This document shows, in pieces, positions 38,603 through 49,170 of a stretch of 64,000 bases of DNA. The position numbers and the translations under genes are program-made. Numbering within the stretch: position 1 is the stretch's first letter; the number at the start of each line of letters is the position of its first letter. The DNA is taken from the NCBI GenBank assembly GCA_963741955.1, contig CAVUKB010000006.1, forward strand, positions 480,002 to 544,001, in the 5' to 3' direction. The DNA comes from an uncultured Acidobacteriota bacterium (GTDB lineage Bacteria > Acidobacteriota > Thermoanaerobaculia > Gp7-AA8). The notes beneath the pieces were generated by a model that ran no database searches, had not been told where the DNA came from, and saw only the letters and a program-made list of their open reading frames with translations.

Positions 38603-40476
38603 GCGAAAACCTCTTCGATCGTCCTCGTGAGCGAGACGTCGCCGCTGCGAAAGCCGTGGGTCGAGAGCCACGACTCGAGAACGGCGAGTGCGACGGCGCG
38701 CGAGGCTCCGGCGCCCGGCGCGGCGCCCGCGCGTTCCCCCATCCACGTCTCGAACGGCAGGACGAAGCCCGACTTCGCGCGGTGCGTGACCGCGCGCGGG
38801 AGCGGGCCGGCCGCGGCGGCGAGGAGCGGCTTGTTGACATTTCGCATCTCGGATTTCGGATTTCGGATTTTCAGAGAAGCCGCGAAGGGGAGAACCTTCT
38901 CGACGACGAGGTGATCGAGAAGCGGGACGCGAACCTCGAGTCCGTGCGCCATCGACATCTGGTCGCTGTCCCGCAGCAGCGTGTTGCGGAGATAGTTGGT
39001 CAGCTCGAGCTGCGAGTAGAGGGCGACAGGGCATTTCGAACTTCGAGAGTCGAATTTCGGATTCGAGGGTGTGGCGCCGGTGCTGCTTCCGCCCCACCCG
39101 CGATCTCCGACTCGTGAGCTTCGCGATTCGAACTCCTTCATCAAAGTTTCGACCTGACCGCCTGTGAACATGCAGCGGAGACCCGCATACACGCGCAACG
39201 GATCGCCCTCCGCTCGGAGCACCTCCCCCACCTTCTTCGTCCGCATCGATGTCCCGTTCATCGAAGCTCCGCCGAAGAACGGGGCGACGAGGTTCCCGAA
39301 CGGTCGCGCGAGACGCGACAGCGCCACGAGCCTTCCGAACTTCAGGAAGTTCGGATAGCCGGCGAAGATCTCGTCGCCGCCCAGGCCCGACAACGCGACG
39401 GACAAACCGGCCTCCTTCGCCGCTTTGGCCACGAACCAGGTGTTGATGCCGTCAGCCGACGGCTGGTCGTAGCTCGCCATCGCGGCGTCGAGCTCCCCCA
39501 GCGCCTTTTCCTTCGTGAGGTGAACCTCCGTGTGGATGCACCCGAACTTCTCGGCGACCTCGCGGGCGTACTGCGCTTCGTTGTACTTCGCTTCGTCGAA
39601 CGTGAGCGTGAACGTGTGGATCGGCCGGTCGGACACTTCCGACGCGATGGCCACGATCGCGGAGCTGTCGATCCCTCCCGAGAGGAAGACGCCTAGCGGG
39701 ACGTCGGAGACGAGCTCCTTCGCAATCGACTCCCGGAGGATCGGACGGATCTCCTCGACCGCCTCCTCGAACGAGATGTCGCGTGTGCCGCCTTCGGGAA
39801 AATCCCAGTAGCGCTCGACCTCGAGTTTCCCGTTCTTCCAGAAGCCGCGGTGCGCCGGAACGAGTGAATGGACGCCGTCGATCAGTGTCCAGGGATCGGC
39901 CACCGATCCCCAGGTGAAGTACGTCTCGAGCCCCTCGCGCGAGAGCGTCCGGTCGGCGAGTCCCGTCTTTAGGAGCGCCCGCACCTCGGACGAGAACGCG
40001 AACCCGTCTTGCGCATCGCGGTAGTAAAACGGCTTAATTCCGAACCGGTCGCGAGCGATGAAGAGCGCTCCTTCCGTCTCGTCCCAGATCGCGAACACGA
40101 ACATCCCGCGGAAATGCTCCACGCAGCGCTTTCCCCACTCGACGTACGACTTCAGCACCACTTCCGAGTCGCTGTGGGAACGGAAGGAATGACCAAGCGA
40201 TTCGAGCTCACGCCTGATCTCGCGGAAGTTGTAGACCTCGCCGTTGTAGGTCAGCGTGTACCGCCCGTCTTCGGTCGTCATCGGCTGCTTCGCGAGAGGC
40301 GAGAGATCGATGATCGCGAGACGGGTGTGCGCCATCGCGACGGCGACGTCGCCCTTGCGCGCGCGAAACTTCCCGTCGCCATCCGGACCGCGGTGACGCA
40401 ACGCCTCGATCGCCACGTCGAGATCGATCGCGTCCGCGCGATCAGGGTTGCCTACGTATCCGAAGATGCCACACAT
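38599..40476 (-). CDS. asnB: Asparagine synthase (glutamine-hydrolysing)-type amidotransferase
   Basis: MCGIFG, HRGPD, HTRLAIIDLS, YNGEVYNF, ARDRFGIKP, LSGGIDSS, LSGLGGDEIFAGY, DQMSMAHGLEVRVPLLD. Confidence 0.96.
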   Translation of the reverse strand: MCGIFGYVGNPDRADAIDLDVAIEALRHRGPDGDGKFRARKGDVAVAMAHTRLAIIDLSPLAKQPMTTEDGRYTLTYNGEVYNFREIRRELESLGHSFRSHSDSEVVLKSYVEWGKRCVEHFRGMFVFAIWDETEGALFIARDRFGIKPFYYRDAQDGFAFSSEVRALLKTGLADRTLSREGLETYFTWGSVADPWTLIDGVHSLVPAHRGFWKNGKLEVERYWDFPEGGTRDISFEEAVEEIRPILRESIAKELVSDVPLGVFLSGGIDSSAIVAIASEVSDRPIHTFTLTFDEAKYNEAQYAREVAEKFGCIHTEVHLTKEKALGELDAAMASYDQPSADGINTWFVAKAAKEAGLSVALSGLGGDEIFAGYPNFLKFGRLVALSRLARPFGNLVAPFFGGASMNGTSMRTKKVGEVLRAEGDPLRVYAGLRCMFTGGQVETLMKEFESRSSRVGDRGWGGSSTGATPSNPKFDSRSSKCPVALYSQLELTNYLRNTLLRDSDQMSMAHGLEVRVPLLDHLVVEKVLPFAASLKIRNPKSEMRNVNKPLLAAAAGPLPRAVTHRAKSGFVLPFETWMGERAGAAPGAGASRAVALAVLESWLSTHGFRSGDVSLTRTIEEVFA

Positions 40477-40595
40477 AAAGAATTTGCGCGATTTGCGGGT
40501 GGTTGCTTCTGTGTCGATTTAGAGAGCGAGAATGGTGACGGGTGTGCTCGTCGCGTTGAAGAACGATTTCATTTGCGCGATTGGCGCAAATCCCC

Positions 40596-41657
40596 TCACG
40601 CAGTCACCCCATTCGCCCTCGCCTCTCTCTTCGCCATCTCCATGTCGCTGTCGACCATCATGTCGACGAGCTGGGGGAAGCTCACCCGGCAGCTCCAGCC
40701 GAGCTTTTCCTTCGCCTTCGTCGCATCGCCGAGGAGGAGGTCGACCTCCGTGGGACGGAGGTAGCGGGGGTCGATCTCGACGCGTACCGCGCCCGTCTTC
40801 GCGTCGACGCCCGTCTCGTGCAGCCCCTTCCCCTTCCACTCGATCGGGATTCCCGCCCGCGCGAACGCGAGCTCGCAGAACTCACGCACGGTGTGCGTCT
40901 CGCCGCTCGCGATCACGTAGTCGTCCGGCTCCTCCTGCTGCAGCATCCGCCACATCGCTTCGACGTAATCCTTCGCGTATCCCCAGTCGCGCTTCGCCTC
41001 GAGGTTGCCGAGGTACAACCGCTCCTGCGTGCCGAGCGCGATCCGCCCCACCGCCCGGGTGATCTTTCGCGAGACGAACGTCTCGCCCCGCCGCGGCGAC
41101 TCGTGGTTGAAGAGGATCCCGTTGCACGCGTAGAGCCCGTACGCTTCGCGGTAGTTCACCGTCAGCCAGAACGCGTAGACCTTCGCACAGCCGTACGGGC
41201 TGCGGGGATAGAACGGCGTCGCTTCGTTCTGCGGCGAGCTCGCGACTTTCCCGAACATCTCCGACGACGAGGCCTGGTAGATCCGCGGCCGCATCTCCAG
41301 CTCCCGGATCGCTTCGAGGAGACGCGTCGAGCCGAGCCCGGTGACCTCTCCCGTGTACTCCGGGGTGTCGAAGGAGACCTTCACGTGGCTCTGCGCGCCG
41401 AGGTTGTAGATCTCGTCGGGTTGGGCCACGCGGAGGATCCGGTTCAACGACGACGCGTCGTTCAGATCTCCGTAGTGGAGGATCAGCCGCCGCTCCTCCT
41501 CGTGCGGGTCCTGGTAGAGGTGCTCGATCCGGTCGGTGTTGAACGACGACGAGCGCCGCACGATACCGTGGACCTCGTAGTCGTGCGCCAGGAGCAGCTC
41601 CGCTAGGTAGGATCCATCCTGGCCGGTGATGCCGGTGATTAGCGCCTTTTTTTTCAT
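40596..41657 (-). CDS. gmd: GDP-mannose 4,6-dehydratase
   Basis: [61 protein letters not shown]. Confidence 0.98.
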   Translation of the reverse strand: MKKKALITGITGQDGSYLAELLLAHDYEVHGIVRRSSSFNTDRIEHLYQDPHEEERRLILHYGDLNDASSLNRILRVAQPDEIYNLGAQSHVKVSFDTPEYTGEVTGLGSTRLLEAIRELEMRPRIYQASSSEMFGKVASSPQNEATPFYPRSPYGCAKVYAFWLTVNYREAYGLYACNGILFNHESPRRGETFVSRKITRAVGRIALGTQERLYLGNLEAKRDWGYAKDYVEAMWRMLQQEEPDDYVIASGETHTVREFCELAFARAGIPIEWKGKGLHETGVDAKTGAVRVEIDPRYLRPTEVDLLLGDATKAKEKLGWSCRVSFPQLVDMMVDSDMEMAKREARANGVTA

Positions 41658-41659
41658 TT

Positions 41660-43221
41660 GGTCATTCTCGGGCGAGTGTCTTCTTCGGGACGGACGGATT
41701 TGCTCATTGACGGGCGATTGTCTTCTTCGGGACGTGCGGCGCGATCAGGACGATGAGTGGCTTCGGGGCGATTTCATTTGCGCGATTTGCTCTGGCCCGA
41801 GCGGGCGCTCATCTCATGAGTGGGCGGCGCGGACGGTCCGAGCAGCGGCTTCGACGATGATTTCATTTGCGCGATTTGAAAAGCACCACGAGACGGATTT
41901 GCTATGTGTTGAGTGAGTGTCTTCTTCGGGACGGACGGCGCGTTCAGGGCGAAGAGTGGCTTCGGGGCGATTTCATTTGCGCGATTTGCTATGGGCCGAG
42001 CGGGCGCTCATCTCATGGGCGGGCGGCGCGGGCGGTTCGGGCAGCGGCTTCGATGATGATTTCATTTGCGCGATTTGAAAGGCCGCACGAGACGGATTTG
42101 CTCATTGACGGGCGATTGTCTTCTTCGAGACGTGCGGCGCGATCAGGACGATGAGTGGCTTCGGGCGCGATTTCATTTGCGCGATTTGCTCTGAAGGGAA
42201 TGGGCGCTCATCTCATGGGCGGGCGGCGCGGGCGGTTCGAGCAGCGGCTTCGATGATGATTTCATTTGCGCGATTTGAAAGGCACGAGGGGGATTTGCTC
42301 ATTGACGGGCGATTGTCTTCTTCGAGACGTGCGGCGTGTTCAGGTCGATGAGTGGCTTCGGGCGCGATTTCATTTGCGCGATTTGCTCTGGGCCGAGCGG
42401 GCGCTCATCTCATGGGCGGGCGGCGCGGGCGGTTCGGGCAGCGGCTTCGATGATGATTTCATTTGCGCGATTTGAAAAGCACGAGGGGCATTTGCTCATT
42501 GTCGGGCGGGTGTCTTCTTCGGGACGGACGGCGCGTTCAGGACGATGAGTGGCTCCGGGGCGATTTCATTTGCGCGATTTGCTATGGGGCGAGCGGGCGT
42601 TCATCTCATGGTCGGGCGGCGCGGGCGGTTCGGGCACGGGCTTCGACGATGATTTCATTTGCGCGATTTGAAAAGCACCACGAGACGGATTTGCTCATTG
42701 ACCGGAGAGTGTCTTCTTCGGGACGTGCGGCGCGATCAGGACGATGAGTGGCTTCGGGGCGATTTCATTTGCGCGATTTGCTCTGGCCCGAGCGGGCGCT
42801 CATCTCATGGGCGGGCGGCGCGGGCGGTTCGGGCACGGGCTTCGACGATGATTTCATTTGCGCGATTTGAAAAGCACCACGAGACGGATTTGCTCATTGA
42901 CCGGAGAGTGTCTTCTTCGGGACGAGACGGATTTGCTCATTGACGGGCGACTGTCTTCTTCGAGACGTGCGGCGCGATCAGGACGATGAGTGGCTTCGTG
43001 GCGATTTCATTTGCGCGATTTAGGGCACGGGGGGTCTAAATCGCGCGATTCGCGCAAATGAAATCGCGTCGATGCAGAGAGCGCGGCTCCATCCGCGAGC
43101 GTCTCGACGGGAAGTGCTCGTCCGTTCGTAGCAAATGGAATCGGCGTCGAAGCCGGCGCCGGCGCGGTCGCGCGGGTCGAACCGGGAATGAGCGAGCGAT
43201 CAGACCATAGCAAATCTCTTC
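41660..43221. repeat. Core-motif array A5 (unit about 196 bp)
   Basis: Cores alternate at about 89 and 108 nt spacing (41770, 41859, 41969, 42058...). The orientation flips at about 43003-43064. Confidence 0.95.
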
Positions 43222-44562
43222 TCATGCTTTCACGACCCGCGCCGCAACGCCCGCCCCGACCGCGTTCCTGGTGTCGACGACGAGGCGCGCGTTTGCGTAG
43301 AGCGCCGCTTCGCGGAACTGGCTGTGCGCGGTCGAGAGGACGAGCGCGTCGAAGGTGCCCAGCGATTCGGGAGTGCAGGGAACCGACTCGAGGCCGACGT
43401 CGTGCTTTCTTCCCGGCCGCGCGACAGGGATGTGCGGGTCGCAGTAGCTGACTTCCGCGCCCCTCTTCTCGAAGAGCTCGATCAGCTCGAACGACGGGCT
43501 CTCCCGGTCGTCGTCGATGTCCGCCTTGTACGAGAGACCGAGCACGCAGACCTTCGCGCCCCGGATCGACTTCCCCTCCTCGTTCAGCGCTTCCACCGTC
43601 TTCTCCACCACGTAGCGCGGCATGGAGGTGTTCACCTCCCCCGCCAGCTCGATGAACTTCGCCCACACTCCGTGCTCCGCCGCTTTCCACGAGAGATAGA
43701 ACGGATCGAGCGGGATGCAGTGACCGCCAAGGCCCGGCCCGGGGTAGAACGGCATGAAGCCGAACGGCTTCGTCTTCGCCGCTTCGATCACTTCCCACAC
43801 GTCGATCCCCATCCGGTCGAGCACCACCTTCATCTCGTTGACCAGCGCGATGTTCACCGCGCGGAAGATGTTCTCCAGGAGCTTGGCCGACTCCGCGACT
43901 TCCGGTGACGACACCGCCACGACCTCGTCCACCGCCGAGCCGTACAGCGCGACGGCGAGCGTCTGCGACGCTTCGTCCATCCCTCCGACGACCTTCGGGA
44001 TGCTCTTGGTGTCGAAGTGCGGGTTGCCCGGGTCCTCGCGCTCGGGCGAGAACGCGAGGAAGAAGTCCTCACCACACTTCAGCCCCTTCGCCTCGAACCG
44101 CGGGAGGAGCTCCTCGCGCGTGGTACCGGGGTACGTGGTCGACTCGAGAACCACCAGCTGTCCCGGACGGAGGAACTTCGCGATCTCGTCCGCGGTCATC
44201 CGGATGTACGAGAGGTCGGGGTCACGGTGCACGCCGAGGGGCGTGGGGACGCAGACGATGATCGCGTCGCAGCCGGCGAGTTGCGCGAAGTCGGTCGTCG
44301 CGTCCATCTTCTCCACTCCGTCCTCGGCCATGAACGCCTTCGCCACCCGCTCCGGGCCGATGTGCCTGATGTACGACCGCCCCCCCCGCAACGCCTCGAC
44401 CTTCTCCGGGTCGACGTCGAAACCGGTGACCGGGAATCCGCTCTCACGAAACAGGAGCGCGAGCGGCAGCCCGACGTAGCCGAGGCCGATGACACCGACC
44501 GTGGCGGTCCGGGAGGAGATTTTCCGGGCGAGGGTGGTGGCGGGGAGGAGGGTTGTGGTCAT
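43222..44562 (-). CDS. Nucleotide-sugar dehydrogenase (UDP-GlcNAc 6-dehydrogenase, WbpA/WecC-like)
   Basis: VGVIGLGYVGLPLA, VCVPTP, LESTTYPGTT, FSPEREDPGN, AKLLENIFRAVNIALVNE, GPGLGGHCIPLDP. Confidence 0.96.
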   Translation of the reverse strand: MTTTLLPATTLARKISSRTATVGVIGLGYVGLPLALLFRESGFPVTGFDVDPEKVEALRGGRSYIRHIGPERVAKAFMAEDGVEKMDATTDFAQLAGCDAIIVCVPTPLGVHRDPDLSYIRMTADEIAKFLRPGQLVVLESTTYPGTTREELLPRFEAKGLKCGEDFFLAFSPEREDPGNPHFDTKSIPKVVGGMDEASQTLAVALYGSAVDEVVAVSSPEVAESAKLLENIFRAVNIALVNEMKVVLDRMGIDVWEVIEAAKTKPFGFMPFYPGPGLGGHCIPLDPFYLSWKAAEHGVWAKFIELAGEVNTSMPRYVVEKTVEALNEEGKSIRGAKVCVLGLSYKADIDDDRESPSFELIELFEKRGAEVSYCDPHIPVARPGRKHDVGLESVPCTPESLGTFDALVLSTAHSQFREAALYANARLVVDTRNAVGAGVAARVVKA

Positions 44563-45795
44563 TGCGTGATTTGCTCGATCTCTAGAGATTTGCTCCAACT
44601 TGGGCGAATGTGTTCTTCGGGACGGACGGACGGATTTGCTATGTGTTGAGTGAGTGTCTTCTTCGGGACGGACGGCGCGTTCAGGGCGAGTCGTGCCTTC
44701 GGGGTGATTTCATTTGCGCGATTTGCTCTGGGCCGAGCGGGCGCTCATCTCATGGGCGGGCGGCGCGGGCGGTTCGGGCTGCGGCTTCGAGGACGATCTC
44801 ATTTGCGCGATTTGAAAAGCACGGGAGCATTTGCTCATTGACCGGAGAGTGTCTTCTTCGGGAGGTGCGGCGTGTTCAGGCGATGAGTGGCTTCGAGGCG
44901 ATTTCATTTGCGCGATTTGCTCTGGGCCGAGCGGGCGCTCATCTCATGGGCGGGCGGCGCGGGCGGTTCGGGGAGCGGCTTCGGTGAGGATTTCATTTGC
45001 GCGATTTGAAAGGCACGGGGGGGATTTGCTCATTGTCGGGCGGGTGTCTTCTTCGGGACGGACGGCGCGTTCAGGACGATGAGTGGCTTCGGGCGCGATT
45101 TCATTTGCGCGATTTGCTCTGGGCCGAGCGGGCGTTCATCTCATGGTCGGGCGGCGCGGGCGGTGCGAGCAGCGGCTTCGATGATGATTTCATTTGCGCG
45201 ATTTGAAAAGCACGGGGGGATTTGCTCATTGTCGGGAGGGTGTCTTCTTCGGGACGGACGGCGCGTTCAGGACGACGAGTGGCTCCGGGGTGATTTCATT
45301 TGCGCGATTTGCTCTGGCCCGAGCGGGCGCTCCTCTCATGGTCGGGCGGCGCGGGCGGTTCGAGCAGCGGCTTCGATGATGATTTCATTTGCGCGATTTG
45401 AAAAGCACGGGGGGATTTGCTCATTGTCGGGAGGGTGTCTTCTTCGGGACGGACGGCGCGTTCAGGACGATGAGTGGCTTCGGGGCGATTTCATTTGCGC
45501 GATTTGCTCTGGGCCGAGCGGGCGCTCATCTCATGGTCGGGCGGCGCAGGCGGTTCGAGCAGCGGCTTCGATGATGATTTCATTTGCGCGATTTGAAAAG
45601 CACGGGGGTCTAAATCGCGCAATTCGCGCAAATGAGATCGCGTCGATGCAGAGAGCGCGGCTCCATCCGCAAGCGTCTCGACAGGAAGTGCTCGTCCGTT
45701 CGTAGCAAATGAAATCGCCATCGGAGCCGCCACCGGCACGGTCGCCCGGGTCGAATTGGGAATGAGCGAGCGACCCGATCGGAGCAAATCGCTTC
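44563..45795. repeat. Core-motif array A6 (unit about 195 bp, same subfamily as A5)
   Basis: ORF-track period 44997/45194/45389. Its terminal segment parallels 43030-43215. Confidence 0.95.
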
Positions 45796-46182
45796 TCACG
45801 GTGCGCTCGTTCCCTTCCGCCCGTACCGGTCTTCGAGACGCACCACGTCGTCGAGCTGGGTGGTGGAGACTTCCGCGATGTCGGCGTCGACGACGGCTTC
45901 GATGCGGTGGATGAGTCCCGGGGGGATGTGGTACGCCTCGCCGGGCTTCATCTCCTTCACTTCCTCGCGGCCGTCCCTCCCGAGGGTCAGGCGAACCAGG
46001 CCGGTGACGAGGTAGAGCGTCTCTTCCTTCTGCACGTGGTACTGGAGCGAGAGACTCTCCCCGGCGTTCACGTGGATGATCTTTCCGACGTACGCGTCGG
46101 TCCGCGCGAAGAGGAGCTCGTAGCCCCACGGCTTGTCGACGCGCGTGACCGGACGGGGTGTGAAGAGGTCGGGCATGGGCAT
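45796..46182 (-). CDS. Cupin protein (mannose-6-phosphate isomerase type II C-terminal-like)
   Basis: RVDKPWGYE, GESLSLQYHVQKEET, HIPPGLIHRIEA, EVST.QLDDVVRLEDRYGR. Confidence 0.93.
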   Translation of the reverse strand: MPMPDLFTPRPVTRVDKPWGYELLFARTDAYVGKIIHVNAGESLSLQYHVQKEETLYLVTGLVRLTLGRDGREEVKEMKPGEAYHIPPGLIHRIEAVVDADIAEVSTTQLDDVVRLEDRYGRKGTSAP

Positions 46183-46310
46183 TTGCTCATTGTTGGGCGA
46201 GTGTCTTCTTCGGGAAGGACGGCGCGCTCAGGACGATGCGTGGCTTCGGGACGATTTCATTTGCGCGATTTGAAAGGCACGGGGGTCTAAATCGCGCAAT
46301 TCGCGCAAAT
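46183..46310. repeat. Single core-motif module with terminal hairpin
   Basis: GATTTCATTTGCGCGATTTGAAAGGCACGGGGGTCTAAATCGCGCAATTCGCGCAAATG. Confidence 0.88.
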
Positions 46311-46808
46311 GCTCTTCTGCTTCGCCCCTCCACTCCGGAGTGACTGGCGCAGCGCCAGCCCGGATCATCGGAAACGGGCCGGGCGGGCTCCGCCCCCTTC
46401 GGTGTACATCGCTGTCACCGCCGAGAGGGCGAAGTGGACTTCTGGTGCTTCAAAATCGATCTGGACCGGGGTGCTGCGTTGCTGCGTCCCGGCGACCGCC
46501 GGGAAGAACTGAATTTCGATTTTGCTGCGCTTCTAACTCACTGCTTCGTCTCGATCCGTTTCAAACTCGATCTTCGCGGCGGATCGGAGGATCCGCACCC
46601 CTCGGGGGACGGCTGCGCTTCTATGTTATGGCTTGCTCTCGATGCGTTTTGGCCTCGATTTGCGCGGCGGAGTGCAGCTCCGCGCTCCTCTTCGCGCCTT
46701 GCGGCGCTCGTGTTCGCGTCTCCGGGTCAAACTCGAAATTCGAGATTCCAAATTCGAGGTATCTTAATAGCAGAGTTCACTCGAGAGCGCGTCCACCAAA
46801 TGGGGTAT

Positions 46809-47390
46809 CTAGCGTCCTCCCATGGCGTAAGTTTTCGGCGCAGGCCTCGCGGGCGCGAGGATGTCGCGCTCGAATTCGACCGCGATGGATTTCTGCAGCA
46901 TGGTCACGGAGACGACGAGACGCGTCTGCCCTTTCTCGCGGATGACGAGACCGCGGTAGCCCTGGAAGGCTCCGTCGGTGATCTTCACTTCGTCGCCCGG
47001 ACCGATCCAGGGATGGGGAACGAGCGTCGCCCCCTGCTGCTCGAGGGCGTGGAGCTGCGCGAGCTCGCCGCCGAGGAGCTGCTGGTCGACCACGTCGATG
47101 GTGTTGACCAGGAGCCTGGTCTGCCAGACGGTCAGGCGCTGCTCCTGACGGGGACGGAGGAAGAGGTATCCGGAGAAGAGCGGGTGGTAGGAAAAGTAGG
47201 TTCTCCCCTGGCGGCGCATCCGCTTCTCCACCTGCGGGAGGTAGAACGGGACGCCGGATCGCTCGAGGTGCCGGGCGAGCGATTTCTCCTGGCGGCTGCG
47301 GACGTAGACGATCCACCAGGGGTGCTCGTCGAGGGGGAGCTCGAACAGCTCCGCCGGGTGAAGATCCGCTTCGCGCTTGAGGAGGGGCAT
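46809..47390 (-). CDS. UpxY/RfaH-type NusG-family transcription antiterminator
   Basis: WWIVYVRSRQEK.LA, FYLP, PLFSGYLF (NGN domain); GDEVKITDGAFQGYRG...RLVVSV (KOW). Confidence 0.92.
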   Translation of the reverse strand: MPLLKREADLHPAELFELPLDEHPWWIVYVRSRQEKSLARHLERSGVPFYLPQVEKRMRRQGRTYFSYHPLFSGYLFLRPRQEQRLTVWQTRLLVNTIDVVDQQLLGGELAQLHALEQQGATLVPHPWIGPGDEVKITDGAFQGYRGLVIREKGQTRLVVSVTMLQKSIAVEFERDILAPARPAPKTYAMGGR

Positions 47391-47414
47391 CGGGAGCTAA
47401 AACTCTTTTGCCGC

Positions 47415-47442
47415 AGTATCTTATTCGAGTCGACCGGGTCAA
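47415..47442 (-). promoter_or_regulatory. Possible sigma70 promoter for the antiterminator gene
   Basis: TTGACC-16 nt-GATACT in an AT-richer patch just upstream of the start codon. Confidence 0.35.
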
Positions 47443-47479
47443 TTACGGTACGTGTGGGGGTAATAATAACTGAGGCGCT

Positions 47480-49125
47480 GCGGATTTGCTAGAGGAGGGG
47501 GGGAGGGGGGACGGATTTGCTATGGACGCGCGGGTGTCTCCTCGGCCGCGATTTGGGGCGGACGGACGGACTGCGCGCGAACACGATTTCATTTGCGCGA
47601 TTTGCCATGGACGGAGCGGGCGCTCACCTCAGGAACGGGCGGCGCGGACGGTTCGAGCAGCGGCTTCGGGAGTGATTTCATTTGCGCGATTTAGAAGCAC
47701 CGGGGGACGGGGGACGGATTTGCTATGGACGCGCGGACGCGGGACCGATTTGCTATGGACGGATGGGCGCGGGGCCGATTTGCTATGGACGCGCGGGTGT
47801 CTCCTCGGCGGACCATTCGTGGTGGACCGACGGGCTGCGCTCGAACGCGATTTCATTTGCGCGATTTGCCATGGACGGACCGCCGTCTCCTCGGCCGCGA
47901 TCTCGGATGGACGGACGGGCGGCGGGGTAACACGATTTCATTTGCGCGATTTAAAAGCACCGGGGGAGGGGGGACGGATTTGCTATGGACGCGCGGGTGT
48001 CTCCTCGGCCGCGATTTGGGGCGGACGGACGGACTGCGCGCGAACACGATTTCATTTGCGCGATTTGCCATGGACGGAGCGGGCGCTCACCTCAGGAACG
48101 GGCGGCGCGGACGGTTCGAGCAGCGGCTTCGGGAGTGATTTCATTTGCGCGATTTAGAAGCACCGGGGGATTTGCTCATTGTCGGGAGAGTGTCTTCTTC
48201 GGGACGTGCGGCGCGACCAGGACGATGAGTGGCTCCGGGGTGATTTCATTTGCGCGATTTGCTCTGGCCCGAGCGGGCGCTCATCTCATGGTCGGGCGGC
48301 GCGGACGGTTCGAGCAGCGGCTTCGGGAGCGATTTCATTTGCGCGATTTAGAAGCACCGGGGGACGGGGGACCGATTTGCTATGGACGGGCGGACGCGGG
48401 ACGGATTTGCTATCGACGGACGGGCGTCTTCTCGGCGGACCATTCGTGGTGAACCGACGGGCGGCGCTCGAACGCGATTTCATTTGCGCGATTTGCCATG
48501 GACGGAGCGGGCGCTCACCTCAGGAACGGGCGGCGCGGACGGTTCGAGCAGCGGCTTCGGGAGTGATTTCATTTGCGCGATTTAGAAGCACCGGGGGACG
48601 GGGGACCGATTTGCTATGGACGGGTGGGCGCGGGACCGATTTGCTATCGACGGACGGGCGTCTTCTCGGCGGACCATTCGTGGTGAACCGACGGGCGGCG
48701 CTCGAACGCGATTTCATTTGCGCGATTTGCCATCGATGGATCGTGCGCTCATCTCAGGAACGGGCGGCGCGGACGGTTCGAGCAGCGGCTTCGGGAGCGA
48801 TTTCATTTGCGCGATTTAGAAACGGCGGCGGGTTTTCAAATCGCGCAATTGAAATCATCTTCGGAGCCGCAGAGCTCTCGGTCCTCGGCGCCGGTTCAGG
48901 GAGGAGACGTCCGATCGAGCTATAGCAAATCGCGCAAATGAAATCGTCTTCGGAGTCGCGGATGGTGCGAGTTGCCACGCTCGTCCCGAGAGAAGACACC
49001 GGTTCAACCTATAGCAAATGGGAACGTCCTCGGAGCCGCGGATGGTGCGGCCATGAGTAAGGTGTCCGGGAGAAGACACCGGTTCAACCCATAGCAAATC
49101 AAAACGTCATCGGAGCCAGGGCTTT
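47480..49125. repeat. Core-motif array A8 (mixed modules; periods about 234 and 463 bp)
   Basis: About 16 cores. It contains one A5/A6-type module (48170-48340), and the orientation flips at 48799-48856. Confidence 0.93.
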
Positions 49126-49170
49126 CTCCGGTTGCGCCGCTCACCTTGAGAAAATGGGTAAGGTCGCAGT

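Noticed and set aside
13910-40476. Lasso-peptide cluster (NTP_transf_5 protein plus asparagine-synthase homologues)
   Set aside because: No precursor, PqqD/B1 or transglutaminase-like B2 gene is visible. Both Asn-synthase homologues sit among GT/wzx genes and fit polysaccharide amidation.
46310-47480. ops/JUMPstart element for the NusG paralogue
   Set aside because: No GGCGGTAG match was found by eye. The closest is GGCGGTGACAG near 46411-46421, which is too weak to call.
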